A DNA stretch of 64,000 nucleotides from Scyliorhinus canicula (taxonomy: Eukaryota), in NCBI RefSeq assembly GCF_902713615.1, contig NC_052164.1, positions 105,352,989 to 105,416,988 on the forward strand, given 5' to 3'. Positions 12,084 through 23,535 of this stretch are shown here, piece after piece. The position numbers and the translations under genes were made by a program. Numbering within the stretch: the first letter of the stretch is position 1; each line of letters begins with the position of its first letter. The notes beneath the pieces are model-generated. The model was not told the DNA's origin, did not search any database, and was given only the letters and a program-made list of their open reading frames with translations.

Positions 12084-15000
12084 GTGGGACTGGAAACGTT
12101 TACATCATTTGTAAGGGTTCTGTGAAAATGTTAAAATCATTGATCTGTGTCCTGTGAGTGAATCTAGACAAACTGGGGTCTGTGCTAGTCACTGATGCAG
12201 ACCGGGGTCTGTGCTAGTCACTGATGCAGACTGGGGTCTGTGCTAGTCACTGATGCAGACCGGGGTCTGTGCTAGTCACTGATGCAGACCGGGATCACTG
12301 GGGTCTGTGCTAGTCACTGATGCAGACCGGGGTCACTGGGGTCTGTGCTAGTCACTGATGCAGACCGGGATCACTGGGGTCTGTGCTAGTCACTGATGCA
12401 GACCGGGGTCTGTGCTAGTCACTGATGCAGACCGGGATCACTGGGGTCTGTGCTAGTCACTGAGGGGAAGGGAGTGAGCTGAGGCAGCAATGGAACACAT
12501 TTACGTGAGAATCTCTGTCTAACATCAGTTTCCCAATCAGCTCATCTTTGTTCTGGAAGCTGCATTAAACGACCCAAATAGTTAAACTCCCACTGTGATT
12601 TTAATTGTACAAAATTGGTGACTAAACTTCAAATGGAAGAATGCATCACCTTTAGGTGGATTTGATTATTTGGACAAGTGTAATTAACTGGCTTTGATCC
12701 AAATTACTCAGACTCCCTAAATTAAAGTTGATTTGCAGCAACGATTGGCTTTATTACCACCTATCACCATTTGGGGATATAATTGGAGCCAGGTGCTATG
12801 ACTAAATTCACCTTGAAGCAGACTCCCTGAATTCAATAGTCTATGTTTCCCATCCCAGGTGTATTCGGGTCAATAAGAATGAGCCTCTGGACCCAGTCTT
12901 GTTCCAGGCCTGTGTTGAGAGCAATATTGACTATTCATCTTTGGAACTGCCAAAGGAACTCACCGTCTGGGTAGATCCATATGAAGTGTGGTGTAGGTAA
13001 GGATTCATTTTGTATCTGCTGCTTGGTGCTCCAAGATTGCTTTGGTTTTAACTTCTATCCATGGGAATTAAATTGGAGTATTATTCTGTTTAATATTTGC
13101 TCCTGATTGTTGGTGCTCTGCTGGCTCCAACTATGTAATTCCTGAACAAAACTGAAAACCAAATTCCTGGACCTTTGTCCAGGTTAATTGTTGATCCAAA
13201 TGATAAATAATATCACATGTTGCATCAGGAATGGCTGTTTAACGGACCAGATTAAACATATCCAGAAACATGAAGGAGTAGAAAAAGTTATTGGTGTTGT
13301 GGATGTGGTAACTCTGTCCTGGGCAAAGGCAGATTAATCAAGGCACAGTTCTTCAAGAAAGCTGAAGATTGAAGAAATGGGTCATAAACTCTATTTTATG
13401 GGTTTGCAAATGGCCCCTTAATGAAAAATGTGCCTGTTACCTCCAGCTCCAGTAGGCAAATCTTGCTGTGGCGTGGTGGAGCAGGATCTGTCTGGGAGCT
13501 TTCAGATATAATATGTGGAGCAGGTCCATGTTTCTGATCTACTCCATCTTGCCTCACCGTAACCCCCTCTTTCCTCCTCCCTCATGTGCCTGTCTCCTGG
13601 GCAACATGGTAGCACAGTGGTTAGCTTTGTGGCTTCACAGTGCCTTGGTCCCGGGTTTGATTCCTGGCTTGGGTCACTGTCTGTCTGTGCTGAGTCTGCA
13701 TGTTCTCCGTGTCAGCGTGGGTTTCCTCTGGGTGCTCCCGGTTTCCTCCCACAAGTCCCGAAAGATGTGGTGACTAGGGGCTTTTCACAGTAACTTCATT
13801 GCAGTGTTAATGTAAGCCGACTTGTGACAAAGATTATTATTGCAATGCACCTGTATGTACTACTCACTTCAACCACTGTCAGTGAAAGTTCTTCTGAATT
13901 CCTGATTGGATGTATTATCTTGTACTGATGAACTCTATTTTACACTCGCTCCATCCACTCTTATCAAAACCTTTCTGAATTTAATACCTCTATTATATCA
14001 CCCAACCAGCAGGCAGGGGGAGTTGGAAATATTGTGCAAAAATCATAATCTTTAGTGTCACAAGTAGGCTTGCATTAACACTGCAATGAAATTACTGTGA
14101 AAATCCCCTAGTCGCCACATTCCGGCGCCTGTTCGGGTACACGGAGGGAGAATTCAGAATGTCCAATTCATCTAACAGCACGTCTTTCGGGACTTCTGGG
14201 AGGAAACCGGAGCACCCGGAGAAAACCCACGCAGACACGGAGAACGTGCAGACTCCGCACAGACAGTGACCCAAGCCAGGAATCGAACCTGGGACCCTGG
14301 TGCTGTGAAGCAACAGTGCTAACCACTGCTACCGTTGCTTTGATTAATTGGACTGCAGTGCTGAGGGAATTACCTTCTCTTGTTCCTTGATAACCAACAA
14401 CTGATGCCTTTAACTCTGTTCTGGTGTTGTATCAGGAAAGACTAAACTGGTGTTGGGGCTGAGGTGGAATGTTTAAACTTGGATGTTGAGAGATTCTGTT
14501 GTATGATGAACTGGAATTTGGGAGACACTTCACCAAAAGGTGAGCACAGTAAGAAGTCTTACAACACCAGGTTAAAGTCCAACAGGTTTGATTCGAACAC
14601 GAGCTTTCGGAGCGCAGCTCCTTCCTCAGGTGAATGGCGAGGTATACCTCGCCATTCACCTGAGGAAGGAGCTGCGCTCCGAAAGCTCGTGTTTGAATCA
14701 AACCTGTTGGACTTTAACCTGGTGTTGTAAGACTTCTTACTGTGCTCACCCCAGTCGGCATCTCCACATCTTGACCAAAAGGTGAGATTGTGGAACATCA
14801 CTGGGGAATTGAGGCTTCATGTTAAACAAACGAAAGATTTTGGTTCTGCTCTGGGGAGGCTCAGCTAGGTGTTAGTGGCCAGTAAGTGGTAGCATCAAAG
14901 ATGTGCATTCCCTCCATTAATTAAATTACTAATTTAAACTTCAATCTGAGCTAACTTTCGTTGGTCCACCCAGGAGTGGGCAGGGGTGGTCCATCGAGCT

Positions 15001-16944
15001 GAGCTAAATGAAAACTAAATTTAAAAACCTTATTTTGGGGTGACTAGGAGGAAACTGAACATCACTGCTGTCTGATTCTGGACCGGCAATGAGATGACCA
15101 ATCCATGGTGGGTTTTGGAGATATTTTGTGCTCATTGTTACAACTCCGTCCACTGACATTGACTTTTGTCACTGCTGTAGGTGTGGTGAGAAGAACGAGC
15201 CATTCATCGTGGCCAGATTAGAGTCTCACAGCACAGACTCTGAAATCTTTAAATATATCAGCAGTGCTGCAGAACGTGCTACCTCTGATTATTACTCTGG
15301 CACCTCCTCTGATGAGGAGAGTTACAAGGAGCCCAGCAACAACTCTGCCAACTACACTGAATCTGCTCACCCGGCTGGGGAAGAGGAAACCTTTAAAACA
15401 AACACCATACCAATTGTGAACAACCCAAACAGTATATACCAGTTTGAAACTTATACTAACTTCAAGGGTAGAGGAAGCCCTGTTGAGGAGCCCCAAACCA
15501 TCCCAACAGTGAATAATCCAAAGAGCATCTACCAGGTATGTTGTGTCAATCATTATTATCGGGCAATTTGAGAAATCCGATGTCCACTTGTCCCCAGAAT
15601 GCAGTAACGTGCAGTTTTCTGATCTGAATGTTAAAGCTCGTAACTGTCAGTTCAATAACCAGCTTCTGATTTTTAAACTCGGCCAATCTGTGTCCTCCTT
15701 AATGCAGAGGTACCTTGGGCTGGGTGCCAGAGGGAATTCTGGGAAAGTAATGGGCGAAATTTAAAAGCAGCAGAAATCAAACTAATTGGGACACTATCTG
15801 AATAAAAGGTGCTGAATTGAGTATCTCCTTGATGCAGGGCCGATGTCTTTGGGTTCGAAAAGGTCTTTAGAAACACTGAATTTTCATGTAGCTGAAAAGC
15901 TCTTGGTCAGTAGCCAGGGATTTGAGACTTTTAGATGTTTCTCACTCGCAGATGTGCTTTAGTCTAGTGAATTATACAACAGTTCCTTATTTCACATGAC
16001 TGTGGGGGTCAACACTTCCCAGATATCACCATAATACAAACCAGTTGACTATTGTAATTTGCTTTATTGACCTGGAGCTCATATTGAACAAAGAGAATGA
16101 TGTCCAGTTGGGAGTGTCAGATTTCCTCCTGTTTGACTGGCTGAGGAACTCCTTACTAAGTAAATAATGGCCACAGAATTGAATCTGTTCGCCTCTTCCC
16201 CCTTGACAATGACAGCTCCTGGGGCAACAGTTTCTTTCAAAAAGTAAAAATTGTCAAATGGGATGAAAGCAACAGTTAATGTGATTTATAAAGCTAATGC
16301 TGCCTGACATGATACCACATAGAGGGGTGGGAAATTCCTCATGGGTAGGAGTGGAGGGCAGCGTGAGTAGGTACCGAGTCCCATGGTGATCTAGGATTAT
16401 ATCTGTTCAATGATTTTGGATATGGGTCTAAATTCACGAGTAAAATTCCATGCTGTCTACAAACTTGAGGCATGGACAGGGTGGATAGCAACAAGCTTTT
16501 TCCAAGAGTGGGGATGTCAATTACAAGGGGTCACTATTTCAAGGTGAGGGGGAAAGTTTTTTACGCAGAGGGTGGTGGGTGCCTGGAATGCTTTGCCAGT
16601 GGAGGTGATAGAGGCGGGCACGATTGCATCATTTAAGATGCATCTGGACAGATATATGAACAGGTGGGGAACAGAGAGAAGCAGACCTTGGAAAATAGGA
16701 GACCGGTTTAGATAAAGTGTCTGGATGTGCAGGCTGGGAGGGCCAAAGGACCTGTTCCTGTGCTGTAATTTTCTTCTTTGTTTTGCAGGGTAATGATTAC
16801 TACTCACACCCTGCAGCGGCATGGCCCAAGATTCGCAAGAGGTTTCCTGATTACAGCTTTCACTTCCAGAAGAATTACAGAGTGTCCAACTTGGTCACAT
16901 TTCCCCGGCTGGACCGTTACCATTGGGTGAACACCAAACGATGA
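11911..16944 (+). CDS. BTG4: BTG4 (BTG/Tob anti-proliferation factor 4), 273 aa; join(11911..12083,12859..12996,15181..15535,16789..16944)
   Basis: The spliced translation reads [16 protein letters not shown]...[17 protein letters not shown]|CIRVN...[17 protein letters not shown]|CGEKNEPF...[10 protein letters not shown]...VNNPKSIYQ|GNDYY...[12 protein letters not shown]. It has BTG box A and box B, Trp95, and the BTG4-type SGTSSDEES and NPKSIYQ motifs. Three GT-AG introns (phases 2,2,0) give 822 nt in frame. Confidence 0.95.
12173..12463. repeat. 29/37-bp minisatellite in a BTG4 intron (GGGGTCTGTGCTAGTCACTGATGCAGACC)
   Basis: Directly visible, ~9 copies. Confidence 0.95.
12859..12996 (+). 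CDS. BTG4: BTG4 coding exon 2
   Basis: Acceptor catcccag|G; encodes CIRVN...[17 protein letters not shown] (box B); donor AG|gtaagg; 138 nt. Confidence 0.95.
13599..13842 (+). mobile_element. tRNA-derived SINE
   Basis: Family head and tail present. Confidence 0.8.
14045..14337 (-). mobile_element. tRNA-derived SINE
   Basis: Family head and tail present; inverted relative to 13599-13842. Confidence 0.85.
14591..14635 (-). ncRNA. Mirror copy of the minimal hammerhead ribozyme
   Basis: Left arm of the palindrome read on the - strand; identical core. Confidence 0.68.
14654..14698 (+). ncRNA. Minimal type I hammerhead ribozyme (Penelope-type)
   Basis: ATTCAC-CTGAGGA-A-GGAGC(TGC)GCTCC-GAAA-GC-TC^-GTG(TTT)GAAT: CUGANGA and GAAA core boxes, 5-bp stem II, bulged stem I, minimal palindromic (AGCU) stem III. 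Confidence 0.7.
15181..15535 (+). CDS. BTG4: BTG4 coding exon 3
   Basis: Acceptor ctgtag|G; encodes CGEKNEPF...[12 protein letters not shown]; donor CAG|gtatgt; 355 nt. Confidence 0.93.
16468..16782 (+). mobile_element. CR1 3' fragment abutting the last BTG4 exon
   Basis: Near-identical to 19430-19637 plus 20004-20146. Confidence 0.85.
16789..16944 (+). CDS. BTG4: BTG4 last coding exon
   Basis: Acceptor ttttgcag|GGT; ends [15 protein letters not shown], a BTG3/4-type C-terminus. Confidence 0.9.
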   Translation, partial: GNDYYSHPAAAWPKIRKRFPDYSFHFQKNYRVSNLVTFPRLDRYHWVNTKR

Positions 16945-17265
16945 TATAAGCTTCACCTTTCCTGTCTTGACCCTTCCTCTCTGCTTTAATGGCTCCTGAA
17001 TGTTTCTGACAGTTTGACTAGTCTGTGTTTCCTGACCCAATGTCTCTGCATTTTAATCTCAAAACTGCACAGTTTTGCACAATTTCTGTTCTTGCTGTCA
17101 GGTGGGAACTGAAATATTTTATATACAAGAGTTTGACATATCTTATAGAGAATTTATTATAATTGAAGGTGGGTGTTTAATTTTGCCATTTAAACAATTT
17201 TTTAAAGGCTAGAATGGAAATGTTTGAAAATGTATATTGAATAAAAAGCCACTTTTTAAAATTTA
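16945..17265 (+). promoter_or_regulatory. BTG4: BTG4 3' UTR with CPE-like elements and poly(A) signal
   Basis: TTTTAAT at 17051-17057, TTTTAT at 17117-17122, AATAAA at 17240-17245; alternative ATTAAA at 17312-17317. Confidence 0.65.
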
Positions 17266-17654
17266 AATGATAGTGCCTCTCAACACTGTTTGCTGGCTTC
17301 TTGATCGGTTGATTAAACCCTAAATGCAGTTTTTTTTTGTTGTTTTTTCCCCCGTTTTAATGTTTAATCTGCCTGTAGCTGATCCCATGGCTGTATCGGC
17401 ATCTTTCACCGTTTAGAAATTTGAATTGAGCCCCCTGGGGTTTCTGACTTCTGTGGGACTGGCTACTAATCTTGTCAAATCCCTGCCCCTGAATGTGATG
17501 GGGGGGCCTGTACAGGTAGGTATCAGTTCAAATATTTGCTACTGTGACTCTCTCTCACACTCACTGGACTCAGTGACAACATGTACAAGATTTGCTGCAC
17601 CACCTTCCCAGCCCATTGCCATCTAGAAGGGGAGCAGACATGGGAATAGCGATC

Positions 17655-20146
17655 ACAATTCCTTAAATTTTAGAATACTTGTGGACAAAGACGAGTGGTC
17701 CTAAAGGAAGTGTGCTGAATTGGGGAAAGGCCAAGTATAACAAAATTCGGCAGGTGCTAGAGAATGTGGATTCGGAAGTCTTTTTTAAGGAAAGGTTGAT
17801 GAGTGCAGGACAGACATGTCCCTGTGATAAATGAGGGACAGAAATGGCAAGATTAGGGAACCATGGATGACGAGTGGAATAGTGAGACTAGCTAAGATGA
17901 AAAAGGAAGCATACATAAGATCTAGGCGACTTAAAACTGATGAAGCTTTGGAGGAATATCGGGAAAGGAGGACAAATCTCAAACGCGCAATAAAGAGGGC
18001 TAAAAGGGGTCAACAGGGTTAAGGAAAATCCCAAAGCCTTTTATTCGTATATAAGGAGCATTAGGGTAACTAGAGAAAGGATTGGCCCACTCAAAAGACA
18101 AAATAGGGAATTTATGCGTGGAGTCAGAGGAAATGGGTGAGATTCTTAATGAGTATTTTGCATCGGTATTCACCAAGGAGAGGGACGTGACAGATGTTTA
18201 AATACTCTAGGTCAAGTTGGCATAAGGAAGGGGGAAGTTTTGGGTATTCTAAAAGGCATTAAGGTGGACAAGTCCCCAGGTCCGGATGGGATCTATCCCA
18301 GGTTACTCAGGGAAGCGAGGGACGAAATAGCTGGGGCCTTAACAGATATCTTTGCAGCATCCTTGAGCATGGGTTAGGTCCCAGAGGACTGGAGAATTGC
18401 TAATGTTGTCCCTTTGTTTAAGAAGGGTAGCAGGGATAATCAAGGGAATTATAGACCTGTGAGCTTGACGTCAGTGGCAGGCAAACTGTTGGAGAAGATA
18501 CTGAGGGATAGGATCTATTCCCCATTAGACCTATCAGTGATGGGCAGCATGGTTTTGTGCAGGGAAGGTCATGTCTTACAAACCTAATAGAATTCTTTGA
18601 GGAAGTGACAAAGTTAATTGATGAGGGAAGGGCTGTAGATGTCATATACATGGACTTCAGTAAGGCGTTTGATAGAAAAAGTGAAGTCTGGGATTCAGGG
18701 TGTACTAGCTAGATGGATAAAGAACTGGCTGGGCAACAGGAGACAGAGTAGTGGTGGAAGGGAGTGTCTCAAAATGGAGAAAGGTGACTAGTGGTGTTCC
18801 ACAGGGATCCATGCTCGGACCACTGTTGTTTGTGATGTACATAAATGATCTGGAGGAAGATATAGGTGGTCTGATTAGCAAGTTTGAAGATGATACTAAG
18901 ATTGGTGGAGTTGCAGATAGCGAGGAGGACTGTCAGAGAATACAGCAATATAAACAGATTGGAGAGTTGGGCAGAGAAATGGCAGATGGAGTTCAATCCA
19001 GGCAAATGCGAGGTGATGCATTTTGGAAGATCTAATTCAAGAGCAGATTATACAGTCAATGGAAGAGTCCTGGGGAAAATTGATGTACAGAGATCTGGGA
19101 GTTCAGGTCCATTGTACCCTGAAGGTGGCAACGCAGGTCGATAGTGGTCAAGAAAGCATACAGCATACTGGCCTTCATTGGACGGGGTATCGAGTACAAG
19201 AATCGGCAGGTCATGTTACAGTTGTATATGACTTTGGTTAGGCTACATTTGGAATACTGCGTGCAGTTCTGGTCGCCACATTACCAGAAGGATGTGGATG
19301 CAGAGGAGGTTCACCAGGATGTTGCCTGGTATGGAGGGTGCTAGCTATGAAGAAAGGTTTGAGTAGATTAGGATTGTTTTCGTTGGAAAGACGGAGGTTG
19401 AGGGGGACCTGATGAGGTCTACAAAATGGAGGTATGGACAGGGTGGATAGCAACAAGCTTTTTCCAAGAGTAGGGGTGTCAGTTACAAGGGGTCATAATT
19501 TCATGGTGAGAGGAGGAAAGTTTAAGGGAGATGTGCATGGGAAGTTTTTTACGCAGAGGGTGGTGGGTGCCTGGAACGCTTTGCCAGTGGAGGTGGTAGA
19601 GGCGGGCACGATAGCATCATTTAAGATTCATCTAGACCAGGGGTGGGCAAACTATGGCCCACGGGCCGCATGCGGCCCGCCAAAGGTCTTTATGCGGCCC
19701 ACCAAGATCAAGTCATTAAAAAAAAAATCAAGGTTAATTGTTGGGTGGGGGTGGGGGGGGGGGGGGGCTGTTGGGTTACTGGTATAGGGTGGATACGTTG
19801 ACTTGAGTAGGGTGATCATTGCTCGGCACAACATGTTTCATGTGAAGTTTCTACTTTAAAATATTAATTTAATTGCTTTTTTAAAAAAAACTTTTATTTT
19901 GGCTATTTTAAATATTAATTATTTTACTTAATATACTATGCGGCCCTTTAAAATTGTGAATTTCTGAATGTGGCCCTTGCATGGAAATGTTTGCCCACCC
20001 CTGATCTAGACATATGATATATGAACAGGCAGGGAACAGAGAGAAGTAGATCCTTGGAAAATAGGTGACCGGTTTAGATAAACAATCTGGATCGGCGCAG
20101 GCTGGGAGGGCCAAAGGGCCTGTTCCTGTGATGTAATTTTCTTTGT
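17655..20146 (+). mobile_element. CR1 LINE ORF2 (RT), frameshifted, with 3' tail
   Basis: VTSGVPQGSMLGPLLFVMYINDL..KFEDDTK; [10 protein letters not shown]. Confidence 0.92.
19638..20003. mobile_element. hAT (Charlie-type) MITE nested in CR1
   Basis: 15-bp TIR CAGGGGTGGGCAAAC; 8-bp TSD ATCTAGAC at 19630-19637 and 20004-20011. Confidence 0.9.
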
Positions 20147-20379
20147 ACCTGGAAGTTCCCCTCCAAGTCCATCCCCATTCTTCACCATCACGGTTACTGA
20201 GGCGGTGAAGGGATTTGAAGCTAAGAACTTTAAAATCTTAGCATGTACACTTGAATACAATCTGCCACTATTGATCCATTCAGTCTGTTATATACACAGG
20301 CCACCTGATTACTGAAATGTCTGCAGATTGGTTTTCAATTTACCAACCCCCCCACCCCACTTATGCCTTTAAAAGGGAG

Positions 20380-20426
20380 GATACAGAAAAGACACACAAC
20401 TTCAAAAATCACTTGTGTTGTTTATT
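20380..20426 (-). terminator. HMBS: Probable HMBS poly(A) site (implies a ~3.5 kb 3' UTR)
   Basis: AATAAA on - at 20426-20421, followed by a GU/U-rich element (ttttgaagttgtgtgtcttttctgt). Another AATAAA lies at 21409-21404. Confidence 0.5.
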
Positions 20427-23202
20427 CTGACATTACTGCAAGAGACAGAACACCAAATACAGATACTCCACAACCTGCTATGCCAGATCCAATGGTCAAT
20501 ATGATGGGAGGACATAGCAGCAAGGAATCCTGATTATTCATTATTGCTTTGTTGTAAGAGTGTCCCAGATTATCAGAGATGTTCTTAATACTTTCAGAGA
20601 TCCTTCTCTTAATTAAATAAACTTCATTACATAAGTGTTCTAGGAGCTCTGGTTAAGGGTGAGGGATTTGGGTTCTGAAACTGGAGGACTGTGTATGAGT
20701 ATTGCTGCCTCAGCTTCAAAGAGCACTTTGTGTTATTTTGTTTAAGGCTGAAGGTCCATTTGTGTAGGATTTCTCACACAATCCTACACACAAGGTTATT
20801 GCCAGTGCAAATGAGACAATTGATGGATAATAAAGGGGCATTTGTGTACACATCACTGCTATTCCTGACTGCGTGTAGAATATTATTGCTGCTAAATTCT
20901 GAGTATGGGTCTTTGTCACAGATTCAACTGAGCCAACCTTGCAGCTCAAAATCCATTGCAAGTTCCAGCCCATAGGATATTGATTGCAGGAGCAAATGAT
21001 ACAGAAAGTCAGGTCCGGTTATTATTCAGTTCAAGGTTGCTGTAGCTCAGAATCGTCCATTTGACCTGTCCTTCAAGTATTGTTAGGAAGTACTGTAAAA
21101 ACCTTTACTCACAATCAGTGTGAAGAAATGGGAACAGGAGATCCAATGGGGAACTAGACAATGGTTTGTGACAGGTGGACATGGGTTTTTTTTGTTTTTA
21201 AACTGACTAGTTTATCAGAGCAGGACAACATTTAATTTGATTCAAAAGCCTCCAGTTTTTTTTCCATACTTTTAACGTGTTGAAGTAAAAATAAAATCTC
21301 TGTTCAGCGTGATACTGAGATACAGCATCGCTGCTAAACGGGTGATTGCTGCACAGGCAGTGAATTCTCTCTAACACACTGACTGAGCAATATAGATGTC
21401 ATCTTTATTATGTTGGATTTTCAAATAGTTACAAGATTTGTGAACCAAATTCTGGAATCCTCCAGATGCAGCTGACCATATCACCGACCGTGTCATTGAC
21501 CCGAGTTAACCTGAGTGCATGGTCAGAAGTAACTTGCGTCCCAACCACTTGAGATTGCTGATAAGCAACTTGTTAAAAAAATAATAACCCTCCATAATTT
21601 GTAAGAATATAATTGATAGAATCCAGCAAGCTTCGTAATCAGAAGCATTAAGGATTTGATTTTGGCTTGTATATTTTCTCAGTATCGCCAGTGATAGGCC
21701 AACAGAAGATTCAGTAGAATCTGTTTGGTGACTGTCTGCTGTACACTGACAGTAAAGTCAAGAAATAAAAAAATATTTTGTACAGCGCCTTTCACAATCT
21801 CAAAGACCTAAAGCAGTTCACAGCCAATGAAATACATTAATGAGTCACCGCTGCAATGTACAAAGTCAGATCCCACGATGTGAGAGTGACTACATTATCA
21901 GCTTTGTCATCTTGCTTTAGAGATAGATAATGGCCAAGAGAGCTGGAACTACTCCCAAACTCTTCTTTCAAATCGCTGCATGGGATGTTTTACATCCACC
22001 AAGAGGGCAGAAGACCTCACTTCATCAGAAAGGCAGCATGTCCAACAGTGCAGGCCACCTCGGGATTGCATTGGACCATCAGTCTAGGCTTTGACGATAA
22101 GGAAATAGTGTAGAGTGACTTTAGAGGGGTTTCACAGGCCGGCGCAACATCGAGGGCTGAAGGGCCTGTACTGTTCTATGTTGTGCTCAAGTCTCTGGAG
22201 TGGGATTTGAACCCACAACATTCTGACTCAGACACGAGTGCTACTCCCGATCCACAGCTGGCATCGAATACAGCGTCCCCAAAATCTCAGTGGGCCAATA
22301 CAGCATACCGTGTGGGAATGAGGAATGTTGCAGTCTCTATCCTTGGCCTGTGCATGTTAGTCAGGGCTATATCAGGCCAGTGTAATTAGCCTCACTGCCT
22401 CTTGACTGTGGGGGATATGGGGCCAGGGAGGGGGGGATATGGGGCCAGGGAGGGGAAAATGAGCCACGGTTTCTGATCACTATCTGCAGCCTCTGCTATG
22501 ATGTCCAAGTCCATGGATTTGAGAACAAAAATCAAGCTCAGCTGCGAGGTGTCATCCACAGCAAAATAGCTAATGTATACCACTACATCAATTGAAATTG
22601 AATGATCTTCAGAAAAAGGGTTTGCTGACATGACAAGTCTTTACATATGTTTACAGTCTTAAACATTTAGTAAATTCACTCCCCAAAATAAAAGCCTTTA
22701 ATTTAAAAAAAATTGCCTCTTTCTTTGGAGAATTTCTCAGCCACGGCCATTTGGGGGTGTACAGAAACAGACATTAGTTGCTTCGCCTCCCACACACACA
22801 CTATTACCGTGCCCGAGTCTCACAAAACTCTCTCATTTGCACAACACCTTGCAATAGAAGCAGAGCCTGTAGGTCAGCTGAACCCAGACTACAGGAAATA
22901 TTCAAATCTGTACAGAGGCACAGAAGAATCTTTGTCTTGTGTGACATTTCCAACTAAAGGTCCCATTGCTGCAAAGTTCAAACAGCAGTAAGCGTGGTGT
23001 AACAGGAATCGATGTCAAGCCAGTAGATACTCCCCTTCTTCTGGGGGTTTACGGTGGGTAAAGAACATGTTTATATTGGTCCCATTCAAATACTATTTGC
23101 AGTGGATGAGAGCACATGACACAGGAATATCGCAGTGAGAGAATCTGGGATACAGCTCAATTCCAAAACATGCTGGCTCAGAAAAGAAAAATCAGCCGAT
23201 TA

Positions 23203-23535
23203 GGCCTCACGGTAGCATGGTGGTTAGCATCAATGCTTCACAGCTCCAGGGTCCCAGGTTCGATTCCCGGCTGGGTCACTGTCTGTGTGGAGTCTGCACG
23301 TCCTCCCCGTGTGTGCGTGGGTTTCCTCCGGGTGCTCCGGTTTCCTCCCACAGTCCAAAGATGTGCGGGTTAGGTGGATTGGCCATGCTAAATTGCCCGT
23401 AGTGTAAGGTTAATGGGGGGATTGTTGGGTTACGTGTATACGGGTTACGTGGGTTTAAGTGGGGTGATCATTGTTCGGCACAACATCGAGGGCCGAAGGG
23501 CCTGTTCTGTGCTGTACTGTTCTATGTTCTATGTT
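23203..23535 (+). mobile_element. Full-length tRNA-derived SINE with CR1-shared tail, within the putative HMBS 3' UTR
   Basis: A and B boxes; tail caacatcgagggccgaagggcctgt..(ttctatg)n shared with the CR1 at 39422-39475. Confidence 0.9.

Larger units (their letters stand above)
14539..14773. mobile_element. Penelope-like element remnant in inverted (palindromic) configuration
   Basis: 212-bp palindrome at 14539-14750 with one mismatch; 13-bp direct repeat ACCAAAAGGTGAG at 14532-14544 and 14774-14786; related copy at 36393-36662; hammerhead core present. Confidence 0.7.

Noticed and set aside
23203-23280. tRNA-like A and B boxes here and in other SINE heads
   Set aside because: They are SINE 5' regions followed by the SINE body, with no complete cloverleaf.
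23480-23535. Shared 3' tail between SINE and CR1
   Set aside because: Real, but already described for shark HE1 SINE / HER1 LINE pairs, so it is not novel.
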